Source: Phascolarctobacterium sp. (GTDB lineage: Bacteria > Bacillota > Negativicutes > Acidaminococcales > Acidaminococcaceae). Taken from it: a stretch of 64,000 nucleotides of DNA. This document shows, in pieces, positions 8,471 to 20,325 of the stretch; position 1 is the stretch's first letter, and every line of letters starts with the position of its first letter. Position numbers and translations under genes: made by a program. The notes under the pieces are model-generated. The model searched no databases, was not told the DNA's origin, and saw nothing but the letters and a program-made list of their open reading frames with translations. The stretch covers positions 10,978 to 74,977 of the forward strand of contig SFCN01000001.1 in the NCBI GenBank assembly GCA_004558595.1, given 5' to 3'.

Positions 8471-10996
8471 TTACTTACCTTTAAACCGTGGCACAAGCTC
8501 GGCCACCACCTGCTTCAGCCTCTGCATGTCCACAGGCTTGCTGGTATGAGCGTCCATGCCTGCATCCAGAGCCTTATGGGCATCCTCCGCAAAAGCGTTG
8601 GCCGTCATAGCCACAATGGGTATAGTTTTAGCGCAGGGATGGTCACAAGCACGAATCAATTTCGTAGCGCCATAGCCATCTAAAACCGGCATCTGCACAT
8701 CCATAAAGATAATATCGAATTCATCCTTCTTAGAGTCAGCAAAGCGTTCGGCTACCAAAAGTCCGTTTTCGCGAATCTCTACGGTAGCCCCCTCCTTAAG
8801 GAGCAGCAGCTCTAGTATTTCTGCGTTGATAGCATTATCCTCCGCTGCCAAAACCTTTAGTCCACGCAAGGAAATCTGGGTCTTGACCTCTTCCGGTTTG
8901 ACCGCTTCCTTCTCCGTAGCCGCTACAGCCAACTCCAGATTAACAGTAAAGGTACTCCCTTTACCCTTAGAGCTGATCACGGAAATATTTCCTCCTAAAA
9001 GCTCCACAATACTCTTCACAATGGCCATACCAATACCTGTGCCCTGAATATGTTTAGTTTCCTCAGTATATTCGCGGGAAAAGGGAGCGAAAATCTTCTT
9101 TTGAAACTCCTCGCTCATGCCATAGCCATCATCCTGAACCACAAATTGGACATAGCTAAAGCCCTTTCCATGACCGGGCCTACCCTCCAATAAAAGCCGC
9201 ACATGACCGCCATTGGGCGTATATTTCACCGCATTGCTCAACAGATTCAGCAGAATCTGATTAATGCGCATTCTATCGCTGTGAACCATAGCCGGTAGCT
9301 GTCCCTTGTATTCCACCTTGAATGCTTGGTTCTTATTGCGGGCCTGAGGTCCGATAATCCCCTGCAGCTCCTCTCCAAGCTCCTGCAAGGAGAAATCCGT
9401 CAGCTTCAGAGCCGTCTCTCCGCTTTCAATTTTGCTCATATCCAAAATATCATTGATTAAGCTTAAAAGATGCTTACTGGAGTAAGTAATCTTATGAGCG
9501 TACTCTAGCACCTTCTCCGGGGTATGGGCGTAATCAGCCAGCAGTCCCGCAAAGCATACAATAGCATTCATGGGCGTGCGAATATCATGACTCATATTAG
9601 CCAAGAAGTTACTCTTGGCCTTATTAGCACTTTGGGCCAAGCTTAACGCATTGCTCAAGGACACGTTTAAGGCACGCTCCTTAGTTCTATCGGAAAGCAC
9701 GATAATATATTTGGGTATCTTTTGCACCAGGTCGGTATACACCAGTACATGGAACCACCGTTTTTCAAGAGTCAAGGGATGAATAAACTCCTTATCCCAT
9801 TCCATTCGAGGGGTATCAGGGTTTTGGCGAATATGCTTACCAACCTCAAAGTAGGAATCATCCTCGCCTAAAGAGCTCAACTGAGAACCAATTATTCCCT
9901 TCTGTAGCTCCACTCCTATCAACCTGGTTACATTGGGACTGATATAGTCCAAGCACATAGTCTTACAATCCACCATGAGAAAGGCATCATCCACATTGTC
10001 GGATAGTGTTGAGAACAGCTGCTCTTTATACAAGATTTCCTTATCCTTTTGGGATAGGACCAGCTTATTCCTATAATGCATAAAGACAATATAGGCACCA
10101 CTGAGCAACAAAGCCAAGAAAACGAAAACAATCATGGTAATGGCCTGCAGCTTGTTCATGCTGGCGTTGACAACCTTTTCCGGAATTAGTCCCACCAAAA
10201 CGGAATGAGCATATTCTGCAGGCATATGAATCAAGTAATATTTTTCCCCGTGAATGGGCAGCGTGATTACACCCTTCCCCCTGCTGATAAGCCGCTGGAG
10301 CAAATCCTTTTTCTGCTCCTGGGTAAGCTCGGGCAAGTTATTGAGATAAGCATGAAAATTATAAATACCGCTCTTGTTTTTCGCAGTTCTAGCAATGGAT
10401 ACACGTCCAGTGTCATCAATAACGTAGTTATCAGCATCTCCCTCAAAGGCATTGGTGTTCAGAGTTTTAATCAAATCCTCGTTATCATAGCTTATAGCTA
10501 TGGCATCATAAACGAAGCCCTGAAATACACCCTTGGGCATGGGAATAGCAAAAACCTTCAGCTCCTTTTTAGGCACAGCCACGTCCAACACTACGGCTTC
10601 CTTTTTATCTACCAAATCATTAATTTTGCGGTGCATATTAAAGAAGCCCTTGCGCCCGTCCACAGTGTAAAATTCACCATTGCCAGCTATAAAGTAGAAA
10701 TCCGTAAAGCCCCATTTAGCCTTTTGCTCATGAACAAAGTCAGTGATAGCGTCCTCATTTTTCTCTCGCAGCAAATACTGCTTCCATACTGTGAGCAAAT
10801 TCCACTTGCTCTCCACAATATCCCGCAGGGAGTCACGCACTTGGGTATAGATTTCCGTCAAATGACGACTGCTTTCTTCATAGATCATCCGGGAAGCAAA
10901 GCGAAAATAAGCCACACAGCCTAAGGCTACAGTGACTATAACTAGCGCTATGATGCTTATGTTTTTTAGATTTTTCCTCATGATAACATTCACCAT
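8471..10996 (-). CDS. Hybrid sensor histidine kinase / response regulator
   Basis: TM, large extracytoplasmic domain, TM, then a PAS-like region. H-box MSHDIRTPMNAI, G-box GTGIGMAIVKSIVELLGG, and a C-terminal receiver (DIIFMDVQMPVLDGYGATKLIR). Confidence 0.9.
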   Translation of the reverse strand: MVNVIMRKNLKNISIIALVIVTVALGCVAYFRFASRMIYEESSRHLTEIYTQVRDSLRDIVESKWNLLTVWKQYLLREKNEDAITDFVHEQKAKWGFTDFYFIAGNGEFYTVDGRKGFFNMHRKINDLVDKKEAVVLDVAVPKKELKVFAIPMPKGVFQGFVYDAIAISYDNEDLIKTLNTNAFEGDADNYVIDDTGRVSIARTAKNKSGIYNFHAYLNNLPELTQEQKKDLLQRLISRGKGVITLPIHGEKYYLIHMPAEYAHSVLVGLIPEKVVNASMNKLQAITMIVFVFLALLLSGAYIVFMHYRNKLVLSQKDKEILYKEQLFSTLSDNVDDAFLMVDCKTMCLDYISPNVTRLIGVELQKGIIGSQLSSLGEDDSYFEVGKHIRQNPDTPRMEWDKEFIHPLTLEKRWFHVLVYTDLVQKIPKYIIVLSDRTKERALNVSLSNALSLAQSANKAKSNFLANMSHDIRTPMNAIVCFAGLLADYAHTPEKVLEYAHKITYSSKHLLSLINDILDMSKIESGETALKLTDFSLQELGEELQGIIGPQARNKNQAFKVEYKGQLPAMVHSDRMRINQILLNLLSNAVKYTPNGGHVRLLLEGRPGHGKGFSYVQFVVQDDGYGMSEEFQKKIFAPFSREYTEETKHIQGTGIGMAIVKSIVELLGGNISVISSKGKGSTFTVNLELAVAATEKEAVKPEEVKTQISLRGLKVLAAEDNAINAEILELLLLKEGATVEIRENGLLVAERFADSKKDEFDIIFMDVQMPVLDGYGATKLIRACDHPCAKTIPIVAMTANAFAEDAHKALDAGMDAHTSKPVDMQRLKQVVAELVPRFKGK

Positions 10997-11242
10997 TCCA
11001 GTTTGACAGCTATAGTTTATTTCAAAGCAAGCATAATAAAGTCATAGTATAGTTTTAAAAAATTCTTTTAGTATTTAAATATTACTAAAAGCTTATATTG
11101 TAAGGCTATGTTCAAAAAACCATTAATTTTGTATAGTATATCTCAAATTCACTAGTATTACTTGCTAATTTTCTTATATTATTTTTATTGTACCATATAT
11201 ATTTTTCTTGTGCAAGAAAAATCAGAAAGCTCATCTTAACAA

Positions 11243-11288
11243 AGAAAAAAACTCCTGCTTGACCAGTAAGAGGACTGCCAAGCAGGAG
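11243..11288 (-). terminator. Intrinsic terminator after secF
   Basis: Stem CTCCTGCTTG/CAAGCAGGAG (11252-11261 / 11279-11288) followed on the minus strand by T7. Confidence 0.8.
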
Positions 11289-11348
11289 CGAAATATTATA
11301 ATGTTAAAAGAATGACCTTCTTTAAGTTCGTATAGTTATAACACGAGC

Positions 11349-12230
11349 TTATTGACCGGCCTTCTTGCCTCTCAGGAAGAGCCACAAGGGCCCTGCCAGG
11401 AAGGTGGAGGTATAGGCGCCACTGGAGAAGCCTACCAGCATAGCAAAGGAGAAGTTGCGAATAGTCTCGCCACCGAAAAGGAAGATGGAAACAACCGCAA
11501 ACAAGGATGTACCAACAGTATAAATGCTGCGGCCCATGGTTTGCCAAATGCTGTTATCAATCATGGAGCTGAGGCTTTCGCTACGACGATGAATCTTCAG
11601 ATTCTCGCGAATGCGGTCAAAGATTACGATGGTACCATTGATGGAATAGCCTACTACGGTCAACAGCGCCGCTACGAAGGAGGAATCCATTTCCATCTGG
11701 AACAAGGAGAAGTAGCTCAAGGTTACCGATACGTCAATAATCAAGGCGATGATGGCCGCAATGGCAAACTTAAACTCAAAGCGCAGGGTGATGTAGGCTA
11801 TCATCAAGAACCAGGAAAGCACGATGGCCAGCACTGCTTGCTGAATCAGCTCGCCGCCCACAGTCGCGCCAACGTTTTCCACGCGCTGGATAGCGAAATT
11901 ACCCAGCTGGCTCTTAAGATCATCCATGACTGCACGACGTTTTTCGTCGTTGATGACACCGGTACGAATGAGCACGCCCTGAGCCTCTTTAGCATTACTA
12001 TCATCGCTTTCCAGCTGTATAATGCTGTTGCCCAAGTCATGGCCCTTCAGCACATCGCGTACCTGAGCAACCTGCACAGGCTTATCAAAGGACAAGTCCA
12101 TAATGCTGCCGCCGGTGAAGTCAATGCCCAGATTGAAGCCCTTCATAAGCATGGAGCCAAAGCCGATGATCAAAAAGGTAATGGTAATGGCAAAGAAAAT
12201 CTTGTAGTTTTTTACAATGGAGAATTTCAT
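11349..12230 (-). CDS. secF: Protein translocase subunit SecF
   Basis: 293-aa, 6-TM protein (GIDFTGGS..., FDRIRENL) directly after secD. Confidence 0.9.
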   Translation of the reverse strand: MKFSIVKNYKIFFAITITFLIIGFGSMLMKGFNLGIDFTGGSIMDLSFDKPVQVAQVRDVLKGHDLGNSIIQLESDDSNAKEAQGVLIRTGVINDEKRRAVMDDLKSQLGNFAIQRVENVGATVGGELIQQAVLAIVLSWFLMIAYITLRFEFKFAIAAIIALIIDVSVTLSYFSLFQMEMDSSFVAALLTVVGYSINGTIVIFDRIRENLKIHRRSESLSSMIDNSIWQTMGRSIYTVGTSLFAVVSIFLFGGETIRNFSFAMLVGFSSGAYTSTFLAGPLWLFLRGKKAGQ

Positions 12231-13465
12231 TATTTAGCCACCTCCTTTGCTTCCGGCGCCTTTGCGCCAAAGAGGAAGTAGCTCTTGGTAATATTGCTGT
12301 AAACCAAGAAGCGCATGAGGAACTTGGTTACAGTTACCGCAGTGAACATACTGAGCAGAGTGCCTAGAGCCAGAGTAACAGCAAAGCCCTTAATGGGACC
12401 GGTGCCCAAATAGAACAGCACCGCTGCCGCCATTAGGGTAGTGATATTGGAGTCTAAAATGGTAATGATGGCACGACTGAAGCCAGCATCCATCGCGCTA
12501 CGCAGCGTCTTGCCCTTTTTGGTTTCTTCCTTGAAGCGCTCGAAAATCAACACGTTAGCATCTACCGCCATACCAATGGACAGGATGATACCGGCTATGC
12601 CGGGCAGGGTCAGGGTTGCGCCCAAATAACGCATTACCAATAACAACAGCATAACGTAAAGCAGCAAGGCGATATCCGCTACTACGCCGGACAGGCGGTA
12701 GAACAAAAGCATGAAGATAAATACGCCGGCAATACCAATAAGGAAGGCCTTTACGCTCTTATCCTTAGAGTCCTGGCCCAGAGTAGGACCAACAGTACGG
12801 TTCTCCAAAACCTCGATTTTCACAGGCAGACTACCACTACGCAGCAGAATGGCCAAATGCTCAGCCTCTTCCACACTGCGGGAGCCGGAAATTTGAGCTC
12901 TACCGCCGGTGATGGCTTCTTGCACAACGGGCGCGGTGAGCACCTCGCCATCCAGCACAATAGCGATTTGTTTACCCACATTGCGAGCGGTCAGGTCAGC
13001 AAATTTTTTACCGCCCTCATCGCTAAATTCCAGACCTACCACAGCCTGATTACCTTGGGATACCTGAGCTCTGGCATCCTTCAAATCCTTACCGGTCATA
13101 ACTACCTTACCATTGATGTCCTTGAACTGCAGCATAGCAGTACGGCCCAACATGGCGATAGCCTTTTCCGGGTCCTTAACACCAGGAAGCTCTACAATGA
13201 TACGATCCTTGCCCTGACGCTGAATTACAGGCTCGGTCAGACCCAGCTCGTTGACACGGCGTTCGATGATTTTCACACTGCGGTTGACAGCATCATCGTC
13301 CACCTTCAGGTCCGGTGTATCCACCGCCTGCAGAACAACGTGGGTACCGCCCTGCAAATCCAGACCCTGCTTAATAGAGTTAGCCAGGGGGGAGATGTAG
13401 ACGCAGAAACCGCCGATTATAGCCAAGGCGATAATCAGAAATTTCCCCAACTCATTCCAACGCAA
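12230..13465 (-). CDS. secD: Protein translocase subunit SecD
   Basis: 411 aa. Contains GLDLQGGTHVVLQ, a periplasmic domain, and the C-terminal TM bundle with DANVLIFERFKEE. Confidence 0.9.
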   Translation of the reverse strand: MRWNELGKFLIIALAIIGGFCVYISPLANSIKQGLDLQGGTHVVLQAVDTPDLKVDDDAVNRSVKIIERRVNELGLTEPVIQRQGKDRIIVELPGVKDPEKAIAMLGRTAMLQFKDINGKVVMTGKDLKDARAQVSQGNQAVVGLEFSDEGGKKFADLTARNVGKQIAIVLDGEVLTAPVVQEAITGGRAQISGSRSVEEAEHLAILLRSGSLPVKIEVLENRTVGPTLGQDSKDKSVKAFLIGIAGVFIFMLLFYRLSGVVADIALLLYVMLLLLVMRYLGATLTLPGIAGIILSIGMAVDANVLIFERFKEETKKGKTLRSAMDAGFSRAIITILDSNITTLMAAAVLFYLGTGPIKGFAVTLALGTLLSMFTAVTVTKFLMRFLVYSNITKSYFLFGAKAPEAKEVAK

Positions 13466-13506
13466 AATAATTTCCTCCTTAAAAATGGATTTTTTTAATT
13501 TATCAG

Positions 13507-14082
13507 CTAAAGCGGAGCGAGAGTGATAATTCCGCTTTCACTAACTATACACTGCATTTTTACATCGTGCTCATCACTAGGAAGACTGCTTTGCAGCAGA
13601 AAATCATAGGCTACGCCCATGACCACGGCCTTATTCGCCTGAGGCAAAAAGCGATCATAATAACCTGCGCCCATGCCCATTCGACTGCCATCCCTGCCAA
13701 AGGCTACACCGGGGACAAGCACCAAATCAAAGACCTCCGGCTTGATAACCTCCAAGGGCGGTCGCACAGAGCGAATGCCATAGCGGTCTAGCTCGAAATC
13801 CTGCAGATGTTTAAGGCGTACAGGCACGAAGCCAGTATCCGAAACAATGTGAGGCACGGCCACGGTCTTTCCCTGAGCTAGAGCAGCCTCCAGCACCAAG
13901 TCCACACTGAGCTCCTTGCCAAAAGCCAAAAAGCCCATGACGCTCTTGGCTTTACAAAAAGCATCACAGGCCAGGATCTGCCGGGCCACCGCCTCGCTGG
14001 CGGCAGTCACCTGCTCCCTAGTCAATTGAGCGCGCTGTTGGCGTAGAGCCTTACGCAGCGTTATTTTATCTTGCTCATGCAT
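13507..14082 (-). CDS. 5-formyltetrahydrofolate cyclo-ligase
   Basis: Contains LRKALRQQRAQL... and GVAFGRDGSRMGMGAGYYDRFL. Start taken at ATG 14082 (MHEQDK), which overlaps the yajC stop. Confidence 0.8.
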   Translation of the reverse strand: MHEQDKITLRKALRQQRAQLTREQVTAASEAVARQILACDAFCKAKSVMGFLAFGKELSVDLVLEAALAQGKTVAVPHIVSDTGFVPVRLKHLQDFELDRYGIRSVRPPLEVIKPEVFDLVLVPGVAFGRDGSRMGMGAGYYDRFLPQANKAVVMGVAYDFLLQSSLPSDEHDVKMQCIVSESGIITLAPL

Positions 14083-14347
14083 TTTTAGCCGGGTCCTGAT
14101 GACCACTTACAGCATTGCGAGACATTTCAATTTCCACGCCCTCAGCGACCTGCACCTTCACACGCTTTTCGCTAACAGCAGTGATTTTGCCATAAATACC
14201 ACCAATGGTAATGATGTCGTCGCCAACCTTCAGGCTGTTCAGTAAATCACGACGCTTTTGCTGTTCCTTCTTTTGAGGACGCCACAGCATGAAATAAAAA
14301 ATGCCACCCATCAAGAAAAAAGGCAACAGGGAGTTCAGCATAGCCAT
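14075..14347 (-). CDS. yajC: Preprotein translocase subunit YajC
   Basis: Start at MAMLNSLLPFFLMGGIFYFMLWRPQKKEQ with AAGGTGGAG RBS. Contains GDDIITIGGIYGKI. Confidence 0.85.
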   Translation of the reverse strand: MAMLNSLLPFFLMGGIFYFMLWRPQKKEQQKRRDLLNSLKVGDDIITIGGIYGKITAVSEKRVKVQVAEGVEIEMSRNAVSGHQDPAKNA

Positions 14348-14431
14348 TGTATCTCCACCTTGCATATTTCCACCTCCACACAAAAATCGCTATAAACAAT
14401 TATACATTCTCTATTATACCTTAAAAATCCT

Positions 14432-15556
<1,125 letters not shown>

Positions 15557-15706
15557 TTAAAAATTTATGGAATTCCTCAGTCCGAAATTTGTTACACAAA
15601 CTTCTTAAGACAGCTCCCTTTTAAAAGGGAGCCTATTCGCAAAACTATACTAGTAGGGAGCCTCCCTTTGCAAAGGGAGGTGCCGAGCTTGCGAGGCGGA
15701 GGAATT

Positions 15707-16732
15707 TTATTCTTCATTATTGATAAACATGGCATCGCCGAAGGAGAAGAAGCGATATTTTTCTTCCACAGCGACCTTGTAGGTATTCAACATAATTTCG
15801 CGAGTAGATAAAGCGCTAACCAGCATGAGTAGTGTGCTTTGGGGCAAATGGAAATTAGTTACTAAGGCATCAACTAATTGATATTTATAGCCCGGATAAA
15901 TGAAAATATTGGTCCAATTGCCGCCAGCCTGCAGCAGGCCGTCCTTGCAGGCGGCCTCGAGAGTGCGCACCGAGGTAGTGCCCACAGCGATAATGCGACG
16001 ACCCTCAGCCTTAGCCCTATTTACTGCATCCGCTGCTTCTTGAGAAACAGTGTAGAACTCCTTGTGCATCTTGTGGTCTTCGATTTTAGCTTCGCTAACC
16101 GGACGGAAGGTGCCAAGACCCACATGCAGGGTTACGAAAACCTCTTCGCAGCCCTTATCTTTAATCTTTTGCAAAAGCTCCTTGGTAAAGTGTAAGCCCG
16201 CAGTCGGAGCAGCGGCGCTGCCGCGCTCACGGCTATAAACCGTCTGATAGCGCTCCTTGTCCTCCAAGGGCGCCGTAATATACGGAGGTAAGGGTGTCTC
16301 CCCCAGCCTATCGAGAATTTCTTCGAAAATACCCTCGAAGGCAAAGCGTACTACGCGGCCACCAAAATCCGTATGGTCGATGACCTGGCAGGAGAGCTCA
16401 TCGCTAAATTTAATTTTTGCGCCTACCTGCAGCTTTTTGCCCGGACGCACCAAAACCTCCCAATCCGTAGTGTTTTTGCGAGTGAGCAAAAACACCTCCA
16501 CATGAGCTCCTGTGTCCTTAAAGCCATGGAGACGAGCAGGGATTACTCTGGTGTCGTTAAAAACCAAAACATCCCCGGGATGGAGATACTCTATCAAATC
16601 GTAAAAATGCTTGTGCTCAATAGCGCCACTGTCCTTATTCACCACTAGAAGTCGGGAATGGTCCCGAGGCTCCATGGGATGCTGGGCAATAAGCTCCTTG
16701 GGCAGCTCATAATCAAAATCTGTTACTAGCAT
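15707..16732 (-). CDS. queA: S-adenosylmethionine:tRNA ribosyltransferase-isomerase
   Basis: 341 aa. Contains [31 protein letters not shown] and [10 protein letters not shown]. Confidence 0.95.
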   Translation of the reverse strand: MLVTDFDYELPKELIAQHPMEPRDHSRLLVVNKDSGAIEHKHFYDLIEYLHPGDVLVFNDTRVIPARLHGFKDTGAHVEVFLLTRKNTTDWEVLVRPGKKLQVGAKIKFSDELSCQVIDHTDFGGRVVRFAFEGIFEEILDRLGETPLPPYITAPLEDKERYQTVYSRERGSAAAPTAGLHFTKELLQKIKDKGCEEVFVTLHVGLGTFRPVSEAKIEDHKMHKEFYTVSQEAADAVNRAKAEGRRIIAVGTTSVRTLEAACKDGLLQAGGNWTNIFIYPGYKYQLVDALVTNFHLPQSTLLMLVSALSTREIMLNTYKVAVEEKYRFFSFGDAMFINNEE

Positions 16733-16745
16733 GTTAATCTTCTTT

Positions 16746-18077
16746 CTATTTTACTAATCTAGTCCCCGGATAATAGTGCTCTAAAATCTGGGCGTAGGTT
16801 ATCTTTTCGTTTTCCACGACCATGCCGCGGGCGCCCCAGGCGCTAAGGCCTAGGCCGCTGCCCTTGCCCCTGCCGTGGAAGATAAGCTTTTCTTCCTTAC
16901 CGCCGCTGAGCATATGGTAGCTGCGGAGCAGCTTATTCCAGACGGGCCGCTCCTCCTCCTTGACCTTGATGTCGATATCCTTGCTACCCACCTCAAAGCC
17001 ATAGCGGTCCTCAATGGGCACCTTCAAGGTCTCCGGAGGCGGCGTGCCCGTCTCCACATCGAACAAGGCGCTCTTCAGGCCTATGATATCGGCCAGCTCC
17101 TCGCCAGTGATTTTCGCGGTGCCAGAGCTACCCGAAAGGATAACGTAGCGCACCCGCCCCGTGGCGGTGCGGTCATCATCAGGCTCATCCAAGGGAGACA
17201 AGCGCACGCTGTTTAGCTTGCCCACAGCGTAACCGCGTTGGGCAAGCTGGCCCTCTAAAAGAGCCGGAGTGGCACGGTGCTCCCACTTGTAGTCGGGGCT
17301 ATCGCTATCATAATCTGTTACGGACTGCAGATAGGAGACCTTCCTCCCCCAAGCGCCACTAGCGGCTTCGGTAAGACCACCGCTGGACGAGGTAGTCACA
17401 GCCATAATGGGAAGGCCCTTGGCATCCACCAAATATTGCCCACGAGTTGAGGCAATAAGCTTTGTAATGCCAGCCTTCTCAATTCTAGCGCCCGTACCTA
17501 AGTAGGGCAGCTCCTTGTCAGTAGCTGCCACATCGAAATCACTACGCTGGCCCTGCTGGCGCCTATATAGCCCATAGGTGCGCGCAGCTACCGCTTGGGC
17601 TTTGATAGCCTCGTCCGGCCAGACTACCATAGTTTTGGCAGGAAGCACGCTGGCCACATAGTCTTCCATATCAACGTAGTTAACCAGAAGTAATTTATCC
17701 TGCCGAACCACAGCTCGAACAAAGCCCTTATAGGCTCGCTCATTAACCTTGGGAATGGCCTTGCCTGCCACAGGCTTAATATAGAGAGCGCTAGCGAAGG
17801 CTACTTGTTTGCCATTCTCAGAAGCAGCCTCCATAACCAGCTTATCATCTACGATATGCAAAAAATATTTACCCTTGGGTAAAACCGTGTCGCTCCCACC
17901 GCTCTGGATTTCAAACTCGCTCTCACAGGTGATCTCGGCTGTGGACTGACCCTGTACTAGGGCAACCCTAATAAGCTCCGCCGCCTCACTTTTGCCCAAT
18001 CCAAAAGCACCATATAAGTAACCTAGGGCTATCAATAATGTAATGATAATCTTTTTTAACAAGCTCGTGGTCACCAC
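16746..18077 (-). CDS. SpoIID/LytB-domain protein
   Basis: Signal/TM N-terminus. Carries the SpoIID-type motif [17 protein letters not shown]. Confidence 0.8.
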   Translation of the reverse strand: MVTTSLLKKIIITLLIALGYLYGAFGLGKSEAAELIRVALVQGQSTAEITCESEFEIQSGGSDTVLPKGKYFLHIVDDKLVMEAASENGKQVAFASALYIKPVAGKAIPKVNERAYKGFVRAVVRQDKLLLVNYVDMEDYVASVLPAKTMVVWPDEAIKAQAVAARTYGLYRRQQGQRSDFDVAATDKELPYLGTGARIEKAGITKLIASTRGQYLVDAKGLPIMAVTTSSSGGLTEAASGAWGRKVSYLQSVTDYDSDSPDYKWEHRATPALLEGQLAQRGYAVGKLNSVRLSPLDEPDDDRTATGRVRYVILSGSSGTAKITGEELADIIGLKSALFDVETGTPPPETLKVPIEDRYGFEVGSKDIDIKVKEEERPVWNKLLRSYHMLSGGKEEKLIFHGRGKGSGLGLSAWGARGMVVENEKITYAQILEHYYPGTRLVK

Positions 18078-18078
18078 C

Positions 18079-18696
18079 TTATTTCGTGTTGTTCACCATT
18101 TTTATATGCTTACTTACAACCACAAACTCACCCTTGGGTGGCTCGCCCTTAGGCTTCTTCACCACCTCATACCTATCCCTCTCGCTAAACACGCAGCCAC
18201 AATATTGCTGCCTATACAAGCCTAGCTCTAAACTAATATCAACGCCCCGTTGATACCCACCGCGCCAGTCCTCATAAAAGAAGGGAATGCCAAACTCCGC
18301 TGCCGCAGCCTGAGCTTCACGCTTAATCAGCTCATGCTTTTGGTAGGGGCTTACTAGCAGGGTAGTACTAAAAGCGTCATAGCCGTGCTCCTTGGCAAAT
18401 TGAGCCGCGTAGCGCAGACGTACTCGATAGCAATAGGCGCAGCGCACAGAGCCAATCTCGTACTCATGAAGCATACCACGCAGGCATTCTTCTAAGGGAT
18501 AACTTTTATTGATAATTAAATCATATTCTTTTTTCTCACAAAACTCCCGCAGAGTACTCAAGCGCTGCTTAAACTCCTTATAGGGATGAATATTGGGATT
18601 AAAATAGAGAATGGAAAAGTCTACTCCGTCCCCTGTGAGCTTTTCTGTAGGGTAGCAGGCGCAGGGACCGCAGCAGGCGTGTAGTAATAACCTCAT
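18079..18696 (-). CDS. queH: Epoxyqueuosine reductase QueH (DUF208)
   Basis: Contains MRLLLHACCGPCACYP, NPNIHPYKEF, RCAYCYRVRL and QQYCGC cysteine motifs. Confidence 0.85.
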   Translation of the reverse strand: MRLLLHACCGPCACYPTEKLTGDGVDFSILYFNPNIHPYKEFKQRLSTLREFCEKKEYDLIINKSYPLEECLRGMLHEYEIGSVRCAYCYRVRLRYAAQFAKEHGYDAFSTTLLVSPYQKHELIKREAQAAAAEFGIPFFYEDWRGGYQRGVDISLELGLYRQQYCGCVFSERDRYEVVKKPKGEPPKGEFVVVSKHIKMVNNTK

Positions 18697-18704
18697 AGCC
18701 TCAC

Positions 18705-19709
18705 CTATTTCTCCGGCATGGGCACGCCCAAATAACGATAAGCCTCGCGAGTTGCGCGACGTCCCCGGGGAGTGCGTTGCAGCATTCCCAGCTGAATCAG
18801 GTACGGCTCGATAACATCCTCAATGGTACCGGACTCCTCGCTGACGGCGGCCGCAATGGTTTCTATGCCCACGGGACCGCCTCCAAAGGTTTTCACAATC
18901 GTATTCAAAATACGACGGTCGTTACGATCCAGACCATAACGATCCACCTCTAGCTTGGCCAAGGCTTCATCCGCCAACTGGCGCGTAATGGTCTCCACCC
19001 CTAAAACCTGAGCGAAATCACGCACACGCTTAAGCAAGCGATTAGCGATACGGGGCGTACCACGACTGCGACGAGCGATCTCGTTAGCGCCCTCGCTATC
19101 AATCTTCACACCCAAAATATCCGCAGCTCTGGTAATAATGAACTGCAGCTCCTCGGGCTTATAAAACTCCAGACGGCATTGCACGCCGAAGCGGTCACGC
19201 AGAGGCGCTGCTATAGCGCCTAAGCGAGTAGTGGCGCCGATGAGCGTAAAATGCGGCAAATCCAAGCGCACGCTGCGGGCGGCAGGCCCCTTACCAATAA
19301 TAATGTCTAGAGCAAAATCCTCCATGGCGGAATACAAAATTTCCTCCACGGTTTTGGAAAGACGATGGATCTCGTCAATAAAAAGCACGTCATTATCTCC
19401 TAAATTGGTGAGAATAGCTGCCAAATCACCCTGACGCTCGATGGCGGGACCGCTGGTCACGCGAATGTTCACGTTCAGCTCGTTGGCGATGATATTGGCC
19501 AAAGTAGTCTTGCCGAGGCCCGGAGGTCCAAAAAGCAGCACATGGTCCAGAGCCTCGTGGCGAGCAGCCGCAGCCTTGATAAACACTTGTAGGTTATCCT
19601 TGACCTGGCTTTGCCCGATATATTCATTTAAAAGCCGGGGACGCAGGCTGTATTGCCAGCCATCGGCCTCTTGCTCTGCTCCGGCAATAATTCTGTCATC
19701 GAATTCCAT
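18705..19709 (-). CDS. ruvB: Holliday junction helicase RuvB
   Basis: Contains [17 protein letters not shown] and the [11 protein letters not shown] sensor. Start at ATG 19709 behind AAGGAG. Confidence 0.95.
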   Translation of the reverse strand: MEFDDRIIAGAEQEADGWQYSLRPRLLNEYIGQSQVKDNLQVFIKAAAARHEALDHVLLFGPPGLGKTTLANIIANELNVNIRVTSGPAIERQGDLAAILTNLGDNDVLFIDEIHRLSKTVEEILYSAMEDFALDIIIGKGPAARSVRLDLPHFTLIGATTRLGAIAAPLRDRFGVQCRLEFYKPEELQFIITRAADILGVKIDSEGANEIARRSRGTPRIANRLLKRVRDFAQVLGVETITRQLADEALAKLEVDRYGLDRNDRRILNTIVKTFGGGPVGIETIAAAVSEESGTIEDVIEPYLIQLGMLQRTPRGRRATREAYRYLGVPMPEK

Positions 19710-19719
19710 AAAATTCTCC

Positions 19720-20325
19720 TTACCTCTTCGCAAAAAGCATCAGCGCTTGTCTGAGCACTTCCTTGCCGCTAAGCTTATCAGCATCAGGTATCTGCTTCAG
19801 CACCGGCATAATCTCACTATTACTATAGCCCAAGGAAGCCAATGCTTCCATAGCCTCGGCCACAGCACCACTACCTCCGGCAGCAACGCTTTCGCCAAAA
19901 TCGCTGCCAGCTTCCCCGGTAATAGGGCCAACCTTATCCTTCAATTCTAAAAGCATCCGCTCCGCTGTTTTTTTACCAATCCCCGGCAACTTAGTCAGCG
20001 TCTTCACATCACGACTCTGCACTGCCAAATAAAAAGCATCGGGCTTTATAGCGGACAGTATTCCCAAAGCCATCTTGGGACCGACGCCGCTAACTCCTAG
20101 GAGTAGCTCGAACAAAGCATAATACTCCTGACTTAAAAAGCCGTAGAGCAAAATCGCGTCCTCACGGACCGCCGTGTGCGTGTGCACCTTGACCTGAGCG
20201 CCCAAAGCCAATTGAGCCAGATGAGCCGCCGGCATAAACACACGATAGCCCACACCACCTGCAGTTTCAATAAGGCAAAAATCGGGGCCTAGATAACCCA
20301 CGCTGCCCTTAATAGAGCCTATCAT
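19720..20325 (-). CDS. ruvA: Holliday junction DNA helicase RuvA
   Basis: Starts MIGSIKG. Has HhH motifs ([28 protein letters not shown]). Confidence 0.9.
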   Translation of the reverse strand: MIGSIKGSVGYLGPDFCLIETAGGVGYRVFMPAAHLAQLALGAQVKVHTHTAVREDAILLYGFLSQEYYALFELLLGVSGVGPKMALGILSAIKPDAFYLAVQSRDVKTLTKLPGIGKKTAERMLLELKDKVGPITGEAGSDFGESVAAGGSGAVAEAMEALASLGYSNSEIMPVLKQIPDADKLSGKEVLRQALMLFAKR

